From: Octopus bimaculoides
Taxonomy: Eukaryota
Length of the DNA stretch: 36,835 nucleotides
Assembly: GCF_001194135.2 (NCBI RefSeq)
Contig: NC_068981.1
Span: 69,221,992-69,258,826 of the forward strand
Direction of reading: 5' to 3'
Positions 1 to 11,710 of this stretch are shown piece after piece. The notes beneath the pieces are model-generated. The model was given only the letters and a program-made list of their open reading frames with translations, did not search any database and was not told where the DNA came from. The position numbers and the translations under genes are program-made. The number at the start of each line of letters is the position of its first letter. Position 1 is the stretch's first letter.

Positions 1-205
1 GCTACTTTTATAAGATAAAGGATGCCTTTTCTAAGGAGGAATTTATTTATCTTTTCTGGGTCCCCGACTTGCTACTGCAGGATTGCCTGCAGGCGGTGAG
101 AGATTTGGTCGGGGAGGTGGAATGATAAGAGGCTCAGCGCCTTAATTTGTATAATTGTAAGGGGTTTAGTGCCTCATTTGTGTTTTAAAAAAAAGAAAAA
201 AAAAA
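1..205 (+). mobile_element. Possible 3' end of a non-LTR retroelement ending in an A-rich tail
   Basis: Non-coding, relatively GC-richer segment ending in aaaaaaaaagaaaaaaaaaa (~187-205). No coding motif seen, so the family is unassigned. Confidence 0.25.
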
Positions 206-2159
206 CCACACTGTTCTCGAGAGTCATTGATCGGCGGGCGTCGTTTGCTTCCCTCATCGATATCATTATTTTACTTATCATTCATCTCATTTGTCTTGTT
301 GTCTGGCCCGCACTTGCTTCTATCATTGTAATACCTTTATGGCAAATTTGATGAAGTAAAGAAATTTGCTTCCGCTCGCTATTATTGTCGTTATTATAGC
401 ATTTAGTTCACTAATATCATACTTGCCAAAATATTAGCGAATATGCTTTGCACTCCTTAATTTCATATCTGTTTCGATTGTCTGACAGATCTTCTTAAAC
501 TTTTCTAAGACCTATTGAGGTAAAAAATTATTATCTTCTACTAATCACTACAAATGCAATTATTATTTCAAGGTTAAGCGTTCAGTGTTGTCTAACGGTA
601 CGTCAATGGAAATATTGCTCCTGTCCTTGGTAAGAACAACAATGTTCTAAAGAATACAGAGGCTTTCTCAAGTATAGTCTAGAAACCCTACATTGGAAAA
701 TGTTCAACTATAGCACTGAGTTAATTTGTTGACAAAATGGTACTAACGTATTTGGTGTTGCTAAATCGAGTTAAACTAAACATTCATATAGAAGTTCGCT
801 AACTAAAAACGTGGCTAACTTTGTCTCAACGTTGTTTTCAACTTGTAGAAGAAAATATATCCAGCGGGATACTTAGACAATTTATTCGACAATCTCTTGC
901 TACATTTGTAGCATTGTGACTATGTTACAAATAATGATTTTCATTGTTGTTGCAGACATGAAATATATATTTAGGCAAAATATTAATAACCGGCATTCTG
1001 GCTTTGAAACATATTTTATTGATCCATTGTTAGAAATTAGAGAACACTGGGCTAAATAATGTATTAACTGTCTTGTTCATTTATAATAATTCGATGTTTA
1101 ATTTCAGCGATGTACGTTGTGTCTCTCATCTCACAGTTGCAGATGTAATACGTACTTGTGAGATGCTAAAGAGAAAATTGTCTATACCTGTTAACAATGC
1201 AGTCGTTAGTCACTCAGTTTAACGTTCCAATCTATGGAATAACGAACTCTTCTGTCCGCCTGTGTCCGTTAGCGAATATATAGGAATCGAATTCGAAATC
1301 CGCGTAATATCTTGTCTGGTTTATGTTTGTCGTTCAAACCATTAAACATTAATGTCTTGGAAATTTGGCGAGCGAATTATACAACCATTTCGAAAGCATT
1401 TACCTTATTCAAACACTCACAGAAATGAATCGCAAGGCTGATTCTGCAAGTTGAAACAGTCTACTGGAGACTTAAGTGTAGACAAAGAACGAGATAGTTG
1501 GATCATATTTATAACCGTTCTTGGTTTTACGATCCCGTGTAAAAGGTACCTGAAGTCTCTATCCCGATGATCCACTCAGGAATAGTGGACGGAGACAATG
1601 GGATGGGATTTTCTTTGTTAATCACCTTGTTCTTGCAGTGGATCTTGTAGCTGTTGACAGTATTATGTACTTTCATTTGTGGTTGGTGATATACTTCTTG
1701 AAGATCCTCCAAGTCTTTGCCAAATACAAAGTAGTTGTGTTCGTCACAGCGTACACGAATCTAACTCCAAAATTCAAAATTGTTCCCTTATAAAACTATT
1801 ACCATACGATTAGAGTTAACGTTTTAACGTTTGCTACTATTTCTAGTAACAAAGGCAACCAAATAATATTTGCATGAGTGCGTGTTAGATGTTTGTTTGT
1901 GTGGCTGTGATTGCTTTTGCTTTTGAATTCACGTTTCAGAATGACGAAGCTTATTCATTTAGCACCAAGTGATAGTAATACCATTTGTTGTTATTATTCC
2001 TTTATTGTTATTGCTATTGTTGTTGTTTCCATTGCTTTAGATTCGTTGATGTTTTTGTTACTAGTGCAGCTTGTGCATTCTCCAGCTTGTTGTTATCGAC
2101 ATAGCCTTCAATAATTGCTCAAGTATTGTTTATGTGCTGTTTGATCGAATTTGAGGAGA

Positions 2160-2535
2160 TCATTTTATGTTGGCATTCTTTTTATTACTTCTTTTAATCA
2201 TTACTATTGTTGGTGTTGCCATTATTTAATTTTTTTTTCATATTATTACTTTTATTATTTCTTAAAAAATGTGATATCTCATGTGAAATACTATCACTTG
2301 TTATTCTACACGATATATGCCAACGGTACTGCTACATTATTACACTTGATATTTTCATAATGGCAGTTGGCGGGATGGTGGTGGTAGTGATTATTATTAT
2401 TATTATTATTATTATTATTGTTCTTGTTGTTGTTGTTATCATTATACTACTACTATCATCATTGCTATTGCAGTTGTCACATTCATCGACGTTGTCGTAA
2501 TCACCATGATCATGATCATTATCATCACCATTATT
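2160..2535. repeat. Low-complexity trinucleotide region, (ATT)n/(GTT)n/(ATC)n
   Basis: Pure (ATT)n at ~2390-2417 inside degenerate TAT/TTG/ATC runs. Confidence 0.9.
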
Positions 2536-3309
2536 AAATATTATTTTTACTTTTGTACTGTGGTGCTGAGTGGATCGCCAAGATTGGACGGTTTGCACGC
2601 GGAGCAAAATTTCCACTCTGGAAACATTCTTTCTTGGCTCGGCGCAGATCTTCTGCAGCTGGTAAACAAGCTGGTAGCATTCCCACATGTATTAAACAGG
2701 GAACTGCGGGAATGCCGAGGAAGGATAAAAACAAAAAGAGTTGACTGGAAATTTGAAAGACAACTCTAAAAAACACAAAGAAAATGGTTTTAGCAAAATG
2801 ATTACGGAGAAACTGGCACCTGCTGTCGGTAGCGTAGACAAATTTGCGCAAACCTGTGCGACTCCTGGCAGATGTATCTTTCTGTAGCACTTATTCAGTG
2901 AACTGCAGTCAGGCGTAAAGTGTAGGCCAAACTTGGGCGTTTGGCATCCAGAATGTTAAATGACGCCCACAGTTTTGTACAAGCTTTACAAACCTATGAG
3001 CAAGTACATAAGAACTACAGATTTCTATTGAGGATTAGTTCGCAGAAAGAGCAGCTATGACCTGGGACTGTAGTAGAAAGGCTTCTTCGTCTAACGTTGC
3101 TAATGTAGCTTTAACGTTAATTGTAGAAGATGGTATATGAATAATGTATGGAAGTAGTTTTATATGTTGAAAGTATTGTCGTGACAGTCTAGCTCCAGGT
3201 CTGCCCTGATCAAGCCAATCCATCGTGGTCTTCGTTTCAGCTATGCAGACCAGTAGTCATGATTACGCGATCAAAGAAGTATCTTTAAGCAAGGTTGCTG
3301 CTGCTGATG

Positions 3310-3432
3310 CTACTACAACTACTACTACTACTAGTAAAAATAATAATAATAGAAATACTAATACTACTACTACTACTAATAATAATAATAATAATAATAT
3401 CAGTGATAACAGTGATGACGATGATGATGATG

Positions 3433-3482
<50 letters not shown>
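3310..3482. repeat. Compound microsatellite (CTA)n-(AAT)n-(GAT)n-(AAT)n
   Basis: Directly visible; the long pure (AAT)n at ~3434-3482 abuts the R4/Dong remnant. Confidence 0.95.
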
Positions 3483-3484
<2 letters not shown>

Positions 3485-4820
3485 AAGGAAACGGGTGGGG
3501 CCTCCCCATGGGCTGATTAATGATACATCTAGTGATGGTGTCACAATAAAGACACTGGTAATTGCGCAACCTGATAATCGGTACCTCATATGAGTAACAA
3601 CAAAAAAACAAACTATTAAAATATTGTGAATAACGGTAGTAATGAAACTGAAGCCAATGAGGGTGACAGATGGTGACAGGCTCAGATATTCTGGTCCGGC
3701 ACCAGCCTGTCGGTATCCAGAAAGGGACCACCACACACGGCGTAGATGGAGCAATCAAATTAATGCTGTGATCATGGAATGTTACTACATGAGCAGCCCG
3801 GTAGATAAAAATGGTGCTCAAATTAGGGGTTACCGACAACGTGTGTATGATCATTGGAGTGAAAAGGGATTCTTTCAACCCACAGAACAGAGACTATGTG
3901 ATCAAGCTAGAGCAATAAGAAAAAAATTGTTGGTTCACAAAAGTAGAGCGCGAAGCAAAATAGATAACGATGAATATACAATTCTTACTTATACGAGTAA
4001 TCTCATAGCACAGGAAAGGAGCAGTGGTAGTTTACTTGATGAGAGACATATAGATGATCTAAAAGAAGACAATAAAACTAATCGCGACATCACAGATGAA
4101 CAAAAGGCAATCTACGACAGAATAAAGATAAGACTACAGGAGAACGATAGCGACATTATTTGCAAACTTAAAAGGGTTAATCGATGGAAATTGAACCAAG
4201 AAACGAAGCATGCCACTGAAATTCTGAAATACATCAGAACAAACAACATCACAGAAACAAATAATTTGATCAAGGCAGCAAGTATTGTAGTAACAGAAAA
4301 TGGGAGTGGTAAAAGAAAAGATCCATGGTGGAAAAGAAGAATACAGGCAGGGCTAGAGTGTACAGATGAAAAGTTGATACCAGATGACAATGAATATCAA
4401 CGGTTTTGGAGTGACATCTGGAGCAAAGACAAGGAGCACAAGAAGGATGTTCAATGGTTGAAAGAATTGAAACACAGTAGTCTGTTCAAAAGAGGCAGTA
4501 ACAACAGAGTGGCTGACATTGGGTAGGTCAGTGGTGTGCTTGAAAAACATCGAAAAGGGCAATACGATATCCTGTTTGCCACTTATGTGGAAGTTATTGA
4601 CTAGAATACTCGCAGAGTGAATGTACGAACATCTAAGAAAAAATGGAGTCCTGCCACATGAGCAGAAAGGTTGCAAGCGTAAGAACAGAGGTACCAAGGA
4701 TCAACTCCTGATAGACAAAACTGTACATAGCGATTGCAAGAAGAGGAAAAGTAGCTAGCCATGTCATGGATCGACTCTGGTAAGGCGTACGATATGATCG
4801 CACATACTTGAATTATGGAA
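3483..4820 (+). mobile_element. R4/Dong-clade non-LTR retrotransposon remnant (N-terminal region plus start of RT), internally deleted
   Basis: ORF 3642-4526 has GYRQRVYDHWSEKGFFQPTEQRLCDQARAIRK, DPWWKRRI and FWSDIWSKDKEHKKDVQWLKELK, typical of R4/Dong ORFs. From 4567 another frame reads [50 protein letters not shown] then (frameshift) MSWIDSGKAYDMIAHT, i.e. early RT motifs with stops. Confidence 0.9.
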
Positions 4821-4935
4821 ATTCAAGTATAAGAAATTCATGAGCGTTAATCGTGGATTATCCGCAAAAGCGCTGTTATTCTAACCACCCACACACATGT
4901 CTTCGCATGTTCCTAGTTGTACATTACAGGAATTT

Positions 4936-5294
4936 NNNNNNNNNNNNNNNNNNNNNNNNNNNNNNNNNNNNNNNNNNNNNNNNNNNNNNNNNNNNNNNNN
5001 NNNNNNNNNNNNNNNNNNNNNNNNNNNNNNNNNNNNNNNNNNNNNNNNNNNNNNNNNNNNNNNNNNNNNNNNNNNNNNNNNNNNNNNNNNNNNNNNNNNN
5101 NNNNNNNNNNNNNNNNNNNNNNNNNNNNNNNNNNNNNNNNNNNNNNNNNNNNNNNNNNNNNNNNNNNNNNNNNNNNNNNNNNNNNNNNNNNNNNNNNNNN
5201 NNNNNNNNNNNNNNNNNNNNNNNNNNNNNNNNNNNNNNNNNNNNNNNNNNNNNNNNNNNNNNNNNNNNNNNNNNNNNNNNNNNNNNNNNNNNNN
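4936..5294. other. Assembly gap (N run), followed by (TAC)n at 5295-5336
   Basis: N characters; TAC repeat visible after the gap. Confidence 1.
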
Positions 5295-5336
<42 letters not shown>

Positions 5337-7017
5337 GATGTTTCTTCAATTATATAATCACCTACCACACTAAAACTCTCGCCACGATTACAAGACAGAT
5401 GAAAATTTATTTGCCTTCTAAGCCAAGGGAAATCGACAGGGACGAATTTCCCAATTCATTCAGTTGATAACTAAATCGGTTTTAAATATGATTGAATGTA
5501 TTCGGCATAAGCCAGCACTGCTCGGAAACTTGACAATTAATTTCAGAAAGGGTTTGATGTCATGCGCGCATCTCAGACAAAGCAAGATTATGTCAATTCA
5601 GTGTCGTTCGTGCAGATAGAAACAGATGACAACTGATCCTGCCTAGATAGGCGCAAAAGTATGACAGTATAGCACATTTAGGAATCTATGAGTCATAGAG
5701 AATATATACTAGTGAGTATAGAATTTATAGCTAAACTTGATAAAAATTTAAAGCAATACAACAGTTTGGAATCAAGTCATGGAGACCAAATATACCCGCG
5801 GTCGCTTTATACGAATATACTAAGAATGTGCAAAATGATTCCCCGTAAACGAGTTTTTGAAACCATTGTAAACGTTTTCTATTCGAGAAAAAAAAAACTC
5901 GTTGAAAACATGGAAGTAAATAAGGCGCCGATTAAATAAGTAACGTTTTAGAAATCCGTGTTTGTGATCGAAGCTAAATATAGCATAATATTTCAGCTTA
6001 GTTCTCTTTGAAAAATGGCAATCTTGATATATTTCCGAAACCATGGATATTAAAGATATTAAAGCTAATTATAACGGTGATGAATTGCAAGAACAGTTGC
6101 AAGAGATTTACGTTTATGCCATGCCATAGAGCCATATATTTTCAAACGCCATTAGGAGTCATTTACCTCAAATAGGTCATTACCGCCTCTTTGAAAGCAG
6201 AAACTTCAAAACATTTTAAATTCTCATTTCGGTGAAAATTGAAATAAAAAAGGAGCTTTATATTTAGGTAAAATAATTATGATGTGGAAGACGGGGGTGT
6301 TAACAGCATGAAGAGAAGAGAGATAACGTGTTAAATACATTTCAGTATTTAGTTGTGTTTCTGTGTTTTATGTTTAAACTACTACTATAAGTTATCACAC
6401 AATGTGATTCAGAAAATTAGTCCTAATCATCCAGAGCACATCTTTTGTTCAAAATGCGGGTCCGAGTATCGAAAATATATCGTCCCATTTGATTTCACCA
6501 TTAAAAATGTAAGTATATTAGAACTTATATTCTCCAAACCAAATAACCTGCGATTAGCTTTTCAATTATGAAAGGACTTGTAATGGTTTTTTTATGGAAG
6601 TCGAATATGTACGTAAAATACCCTAATATCCTCTTTCGATAAAAATATTAAGCTCTGTGTTTAGATTATGCAAAGATGACAATGAAAGCCTTATAAAGAG
6701 ATGAAAGAGCACAATGCAGTATGTACACTTTTGAATACGATAAGAAGGTACATGATAAGCACTAGAGTTCATTTTATAAGAACTAGAGTTCAGAGAAATG
6801 CTTACCCATTTCTTCCTAAGAATATTTAAACGTTGAAAAGTAGGCAATTCCTATCGGATGTAAAGTACACAAAGTGGAATTTTAGCCTTGGGTTCTTACT
6901 GATGTAGTATCAAGTGTTAGTGCACTAAGTGTATTTTGAAACCGGAATGCATATATCTCAACATAAAACCAAGCATAATCACTTTATTAATACTGTATAA
7001 TTATATAAATATATATA

Positions 7018-7217
7018 NNNNNNNNNNNNNNNNNNNNNNNNNNNNNNNNNNNNNNNNNNNNNNNNNNNNNNNNNNNNNNNNNNNNNNNNNNNNNNNNNNN
7101 NNNNNNNNNNNNNNNNNNNNNNNNNNNNNNNNNNNNNNNNNNNNNNNNNNNNNNNNNNNNNNNNNNNNNNNNNNNNNNNNNNNNNNNNNNNNNNNNNNNN
7201 NNNNNNNNNNNNNNNNN
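7018..7217. other. Assembly gap (N run)
   Basis: N characters. Confidence 1.
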
Positions 7218-7900
7218 GCTAGGGATTCTTTCTCTATTTGACTATAGTTTTCTCTGTCGCTATCAGACAACGTGAGTCATGAACCACCGCCTTCATATTC
7301 CTGTCTGCTATGCCGTATTCAGAAGCGTTAGAAGGTACAACAAACTCCACTGCAGGATTGAAGTGAGCCAGCGACAAATCCGATATTGATATTATTTCAG
7401 TATCATCAAATGCCTTTTGACAATTATTTGACCTTTACCTTCTGTTTTAGAAAATTATTTAGTAGAGCTTTCAAAGACGTCTTCACTCTTATTTTATACA
7501 AATATATTTCATGCATCGCTGCTCCTGCGCCTCTAGTAAAAAATATTTCAGTTTGTCCAAACTTCGCACGCAACAGCAAATGTATTAACTGATGTTTAAA
7601 TACAACGGCTGCTTTTAGAGGGCTATGGACGAGGGATTTGATGTTCATAGCTGATTAAACATAACAACATAAATATGATTGTGTTTCACACATGTATATG
7701 AGGAGAATTTTCTCCTGGGATCATTACTGCAGCAAAAATTGTTCCCATGTCTGGGTTTACACGAACGTGTTAGTATATAATTTTGATAATAATTTGTTAG
7801 ACCTAGAAAATCTTGTAATGTCGTTATGTCAGTCGGGGGTAGCATATATTTAATTGCGTCTGTCTTCGACAAGTCCGGTCGTCATCCATTTTTGTAGACA
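7218..7900 (-). mobile_element. Ty3/Gypsy LTR retrotransposon pol remnant (end of RT, connection, RNase H)
   Basis: Minus strand ~7890-7770 reads PDLSKTDAIKYMLPPTDITTLQDFLGLTNYYQNY (RT C-terminus). ~7430-7218 reads QKAFDD..SDLSLAHFNPAVEFVVPSNASEYGIA..SRCL.(frameshift)ENYSQIEKESLA, matching Gypsy RNase H (DAS..GIGA..NYSQIEKE). Frameshifted, with ~280 bp of unrelated sequence in the middle. Confidence 0.85.
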
Positions 7901-8049
7901 GACACGACACCACAGTGGGGGCAAAATCATAAAACAAATTAAATAAAATGTATATAATTAATGATAATGAAATGGCTGCATTGAGCTCTACTCTCAAGCA
8001 GTACCATTTGAAATGTTTTTACATATAGTTTTTAATCGTTTTCTTTTTT

Positions 8050-8870
8050 CACTTTAACTTCCTATTAGCATCATTTTTATATTTTGTTATGTTAACATTT
8101 ACTTACTTTTTTGAAGTTATTAAAGGTTCTATTTCTTTGCATTCCACAACTCGATGTAGTTCATCAAATTTTACTCATACACCTAGTGGGTCAATTTTGT
8201 TTCCAAATAAATCATTCAGTTTATTATATCTCCCTTTGCCTATTAAAATTCCTTTAACGTGTTCAGTGTATTTCTCTGCTGGTACTTTCACCCTTATAAT
8301 TGATTTATATTTCGTTATTTTTTTCTTTCGATAGACGTTCTTTTAGCATACGTTACCATATGCCACTTATATTTCTGTTTCTCATTTGTTCGTTCTTGTG
8401 ACGCACCTATACTGACCAGGAAAGTCTGTTCTTCTGTTGGTGTTTCTCTTTCACATTCTGTCTGGAGAAAATCTCTAAGGTCTATATCTTCTGTTGGTGT
8501 ATCCTTTGCTGGAAAACATCTCTAATACCTGTATCCACCTCCAATTTTGTTGGTGATGATGTTCTTTTTCGTGTCCGTCTCTTTTTCTTTTTTCTGACTC
8601 TGACGGAGAGCTCATGCGTTCCTTCATCTTTCTTCTGTTTACCACCGTTAAAGCTTCTTCTGCTTCCTCACCCTCTCGTACCGCCACTTCGGCACTTCGT
8701 TCTTTTTCAACAGTCTGTTGTTTCTGCTGCTCCTCATATTTGTTTTCCTTCTTGGGGCACCTTGCCTTCATATGCCCCCTCTCCCCACATTGGTAGCATG
8801 TTGGAGGTCTACCCTCCACCACCTCCCTCAGTCTAACGTCATCTGGCAATATTAACTCCTCTGCAATTTC
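8050..8870 (-). mobile_element. L1/Tx1-like ORF1 remnant with a CCHC zinc knuckle
   Basis: ORF 8475-8849 has EGRPPTCYQCGERGHMKARCPKK (Cx2Cx4Hx4C at 8757-8798) followed by a charged E/K/R-rich tract. The knuckle is seen directly; the clade is inferred. Confidence 0.65.
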
Positions 8871-8901
8871 ATGTCAATCCCTTAGACTTACTTCTTTAAA
8901 T

Positions 8902-9130
8902 TCAGAGGAAACTGTAGCAACTGGGAAAGGAGAGCTCTGTCCTGGAGTGGACATTGTATACTCCAAAAATTTTATCTGCCGACGCTGCAAGTTGGGTGAC
9001 TGTGCTAACGTCGGTCAAATGGGCGAGAATACCTTGAACATACTGTGGTAATCTGGCAAAAAAGAGTTGCTTAAGCAACTTACCTGCAGCCATTCCGATG
9101 TTGATTTCGCACATATTTCACTGAGATATT
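8902..9130 (-). mobile_element. Ty3/Gypsy gag-like remnant
   Basis: GKLLKQLFFARLPQYVQGILAHLTDVSTVTQLAASADKI resembles the invertebrate Gypsy gag motif LLKQLFLQRLP..VQ.IL.....L..LA..AD.I. Same strand as, and upstream of, the pol remnant. Confidence 0.6.
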
Positions 9131-9393
9131 ATGCAGGGGGGAGGCTATGCTTTGTACAGCAGTAAAAGTTCGTTTTGTGTGGTTATTTTCGTTAAAAGGC
9201 CGATTCCATCAAGCCTTCCACAGGTTCCTTTTTTTCCCATTCCATCAAAGTTATTAGATTAGATTTGTTTTTGTATAAAGAGCCCGATGTATCACGTCCT
9301 GCTTGTTATTATTATTGTTGTTGCTTTCGTTGTTGTTGTTATTGTTTTAGTGTTGTTTTTGTTGGTGTTGTTGTTGTTATTGTAATTATTATT

Positions 9394-9605
9394 AAGGTGT
9401 TCAACTGGCAGAATCGTTATCTTGCCGGACGAAATGCTTAGCTTTATTTCACTCGTCGCTACGTTCGAAGTTCAAATTCATCCGAGGTCGACTTGCCTTT
9501 CATCTTTCGGGACCGAAAAATTCAGTACCAGTTACGTAGTGGGGTCGATCTAATCGACTCGTCCCCTCCCCCAAAATTTCTGACGTTGTGCTTATAGTAG
9601 AAAGG

Positions 9606-9668
<63 letters not shown>
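9394..9668 (+). mobile_element. tRNA-head SINE (octopus-type) with (ATT)n tail
   Basis: Head aaggtgttcaactggcagaatcgtta (A-box-like) and gttcaaattc (B-box-like), body gaggtcgacttgcctttcatc...agtaccag...ggggtcgat, then ttgtgcttatagtagaaagga and (ATT)n at 9607-9668. A diverged paralog lies at 19575-19790. Confidence 0.8.
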
Positions 9669-9669
<1 letters not shown>

Positions 9670-10240
9670 CTTCGTAAATCAGTGTAGGTAAAAATTCTCC
9701 TGAGTCTTTAGTCATCTTTTAAGTCATAACAAGGACCTCAGATAGAAAATACTTTCTTTAAGATGCGCGCTGTGCACAATACGGCTGCTTTTTGCAAGAC
9801 ATAAAACTTGCATGGGAGTTCTAGTTGCTTGAAGAAGTTTTGACGTTTCAATGGGAATGAGCCCAACGTTCTGATCACCACTGGTATCACGTTTACATTA
9901 CCCTCTCGCATTCCATACAGGCTTGCTATTTTCACTTTCAATTCGTAGTACTTGATGATATTTTCAACCTATTTACTCACAACATTCATGTCATTTTGTA
10001 TGGCTATATCAATGATCTGACAGTATTTGTCTTTCTTATTCAATATGACAATATCCGACAAATGGTGTCCGATTTAACGATCGGACTGAAAATCATAGTC
10101 CCAGAATATCGTTATTTCTCCATCCCTCCACAAAACTTTACTTGGTACATGCTCATACCAGCTCTCTGTTACTTCATATTGGTATTTACATCATAAGAAC
10201 CAATGAAGATACAAACACATTTATATGTCATCCAGTATAC
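9669..10240 (-). mobile_element. R4/Dong LINE 3' end: restriction-like endonuclease domain, stop, 3' UTR, (AAT)n tail
   Basis: Minus strand reads HWFL*CKYQYEVTESWYEHVPSKV...IFWDYDFQSDR*IGHHLSDIVILNKKDKYCQIIDIAIQND...KYYELKVKIASLYGM..VNVIPVVIRTLG...LQKAAVLCTARILKKVFSI* (stop 9738-9740). A ~70 nt UTR follows and runs straight into the (AAT)n tract. Confidence 0.9.
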
Positions 10241-10559
10241 TAAATTTCTAGCTCCTTCATCCCCTTAACTCCCAGTTTGGAGCAACGTGACATGTGGCTA
10301 ACCGTTTGGACAAAATATGGTAAAATATACACGTTCAAGTACTTAAACGGTACTTGATTTTAAGCTTCGTAATTTAGAGACAAATGGTCATTATACTGGT
10401 ACAATTCTAACAGGGAGCATGAACAGAAATGATTACAAGATTTTATTTCCTCAGAAAATCTCAGGGTTCCTCCATTCTATCGATCTTATGCCAATAAGGA
10501 TATAGAATGGTAACAAAAATTGAAGAATAACCAGAAATATTAATAATGATAGCATACTT

Positions 10560-11030
10560 ATGCGGTTGCTGTTATTGCTGCTGTTGCTACTGCCGTGACT
10601 GCTTCAGCGGCTGCTGCTGTGTGTGCCGCTCGTGCTGCTGCAGCTGATGCTGTCATTGCTGCTGTCGCTACTGCTGTTTTTGCTGTTGCTGCTCAGGATG
10701 AGAAATGAATGTTATCATTGTGAAAATGATACCTAGATGGCGATGGCAATTGAATCGATGATGATAACAACAATGAAGAGGAGGACGTGGAGAAGGAGGA
10801 AGAGCTGGGAGAGGCAGTAGATGGCGATGATGATGAGGAGGATGTAAATGATAAGGAGGACGGCAGCATAGAAGAAAGATGACGCGACATATGTGTGTGT
10901 GTGTGTGTGTGTGTGAGTGTGTGTATTTGTTTGAATGTTAATGAAGATGCTGATGGCTATGATGATGGCTATCGTGGTCATGATGAGAAAGCTGCTTCAG
11001 CTACTGGCGGTGAGGATGACGTTTTTGAAG
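10560..11030. repeat. Degenerate (GCT)n, (GAG/GAT)n and (GT)n low-complexity block
   Basis: Visible repeats; (GT)n at ~10891-10925. Confidence 0.85.
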
Positions 11031-11710
11031 ATAACCTGGAAACAATACAAAGTATTGAGATCAAGAAAATAAAGAAGGAAAAATGTCATAACAAAAGGAA
11101 ATATTTTGTTTGAAACAGATAGGAAATCGATTTAATTCATTGAAATATAAAATAAAGTAAAAACGGAAAACGAAAACATTTTAAAAGAATTTTATACATA
11201 CCAACTAATATTTGCAAATGTATATGAAAGAAAGAAAATATATTTGCTGTACGTCCTACATTTCAGCATTGTATTCAAACACATACATTAAAATAAACAG
11301 GACTGCATCTATTTCGACGATGAGCATTTCAACTAAACTGCTTAGTTATTGAAAAAGCGTATAAGTCGGGAGCCATTTAACAGGTTCTTCAAATTTATTT
11401 CGTAGAAGAAATCAGTGTGATGAAGAGATAAAGCTGATTTCTTGTATTGCAGATTCAGTATGTCAGATGTATTTTCACTGCTTTTATCACTTTTCAATCT
11501 CGGGTCCATGCTTCAGGACAACAAACCATGACACTGTGATCGAAATAAAATCCCCATCACTGAAAAAAGAAAATTTTACTAGAGCTGTCTTTGTTGTTGT
11601 CTTTGTCTTTTATACCCAGAAACATACGCCAATTAACACACAGGCAAGCTCCCTCAAATATATGTAAGGATGCGCATACGTGTGTATATGTCACGCCGTC
11701 TCTATCTCCT

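Noticed and set aside
330-900. Possible very old Penelope (Neptune-like) RT fragment; GTSM/GNIAP near 596-625 resembles GTAMG..AP
   Set aside because: Only one weak motif and no recognisable catalytic DD motif; too degraded to call by eye.
1127-1165. Hairpin catctcaca...tgtgagatg
   Set aside because: A 9-bp stem is too short for a pre-miRNA and is expected by chance.
1550-1760. Minus-strand open frame IRVRCDEHNYFVFGKDL...IETS with AG/GT borders (candidate exon, or a decayed GIY-YIG)
   Set aside because: Weak splice context, no recognisable protein family, no partner exons, and an overlapping plus-strand frame is open too.
2800-3000. LFSELQSGVKCRPNL resembles an RTE post-RT motif
   Set aside because: A single short motif with no supporting neighbours.
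2207-3878. Several 70-197 aa ORFs with poly-I/L/N/T runs, looking like membrane proteins
   Set aside because: They are translations of trinucleotide microsatellites on both strands. The same applies to ORFs near 9.5, 10.7, 20.0-20.8 and 26.8-27.4 kb and to all CV/HT/YI-repeat ORFs.
6353-6571. HPEHIFCSKCG resembles part of a LIM domain
   Set aside because: The other Cys/His ligands are absent and there are no splice signals.
10340-10470. NGT*F...GTILTG resembles the Helitron helicase C-terminus
   Set aside because: Short, frameshifted, and without other Helitron features.
11406-11443. 10-bp hairpin containing GTGATGA and CTGA (box C/D-like)
   Set aside because: Only 38 nt, with no room for guide sequences, and the CTGA is part of the stem.
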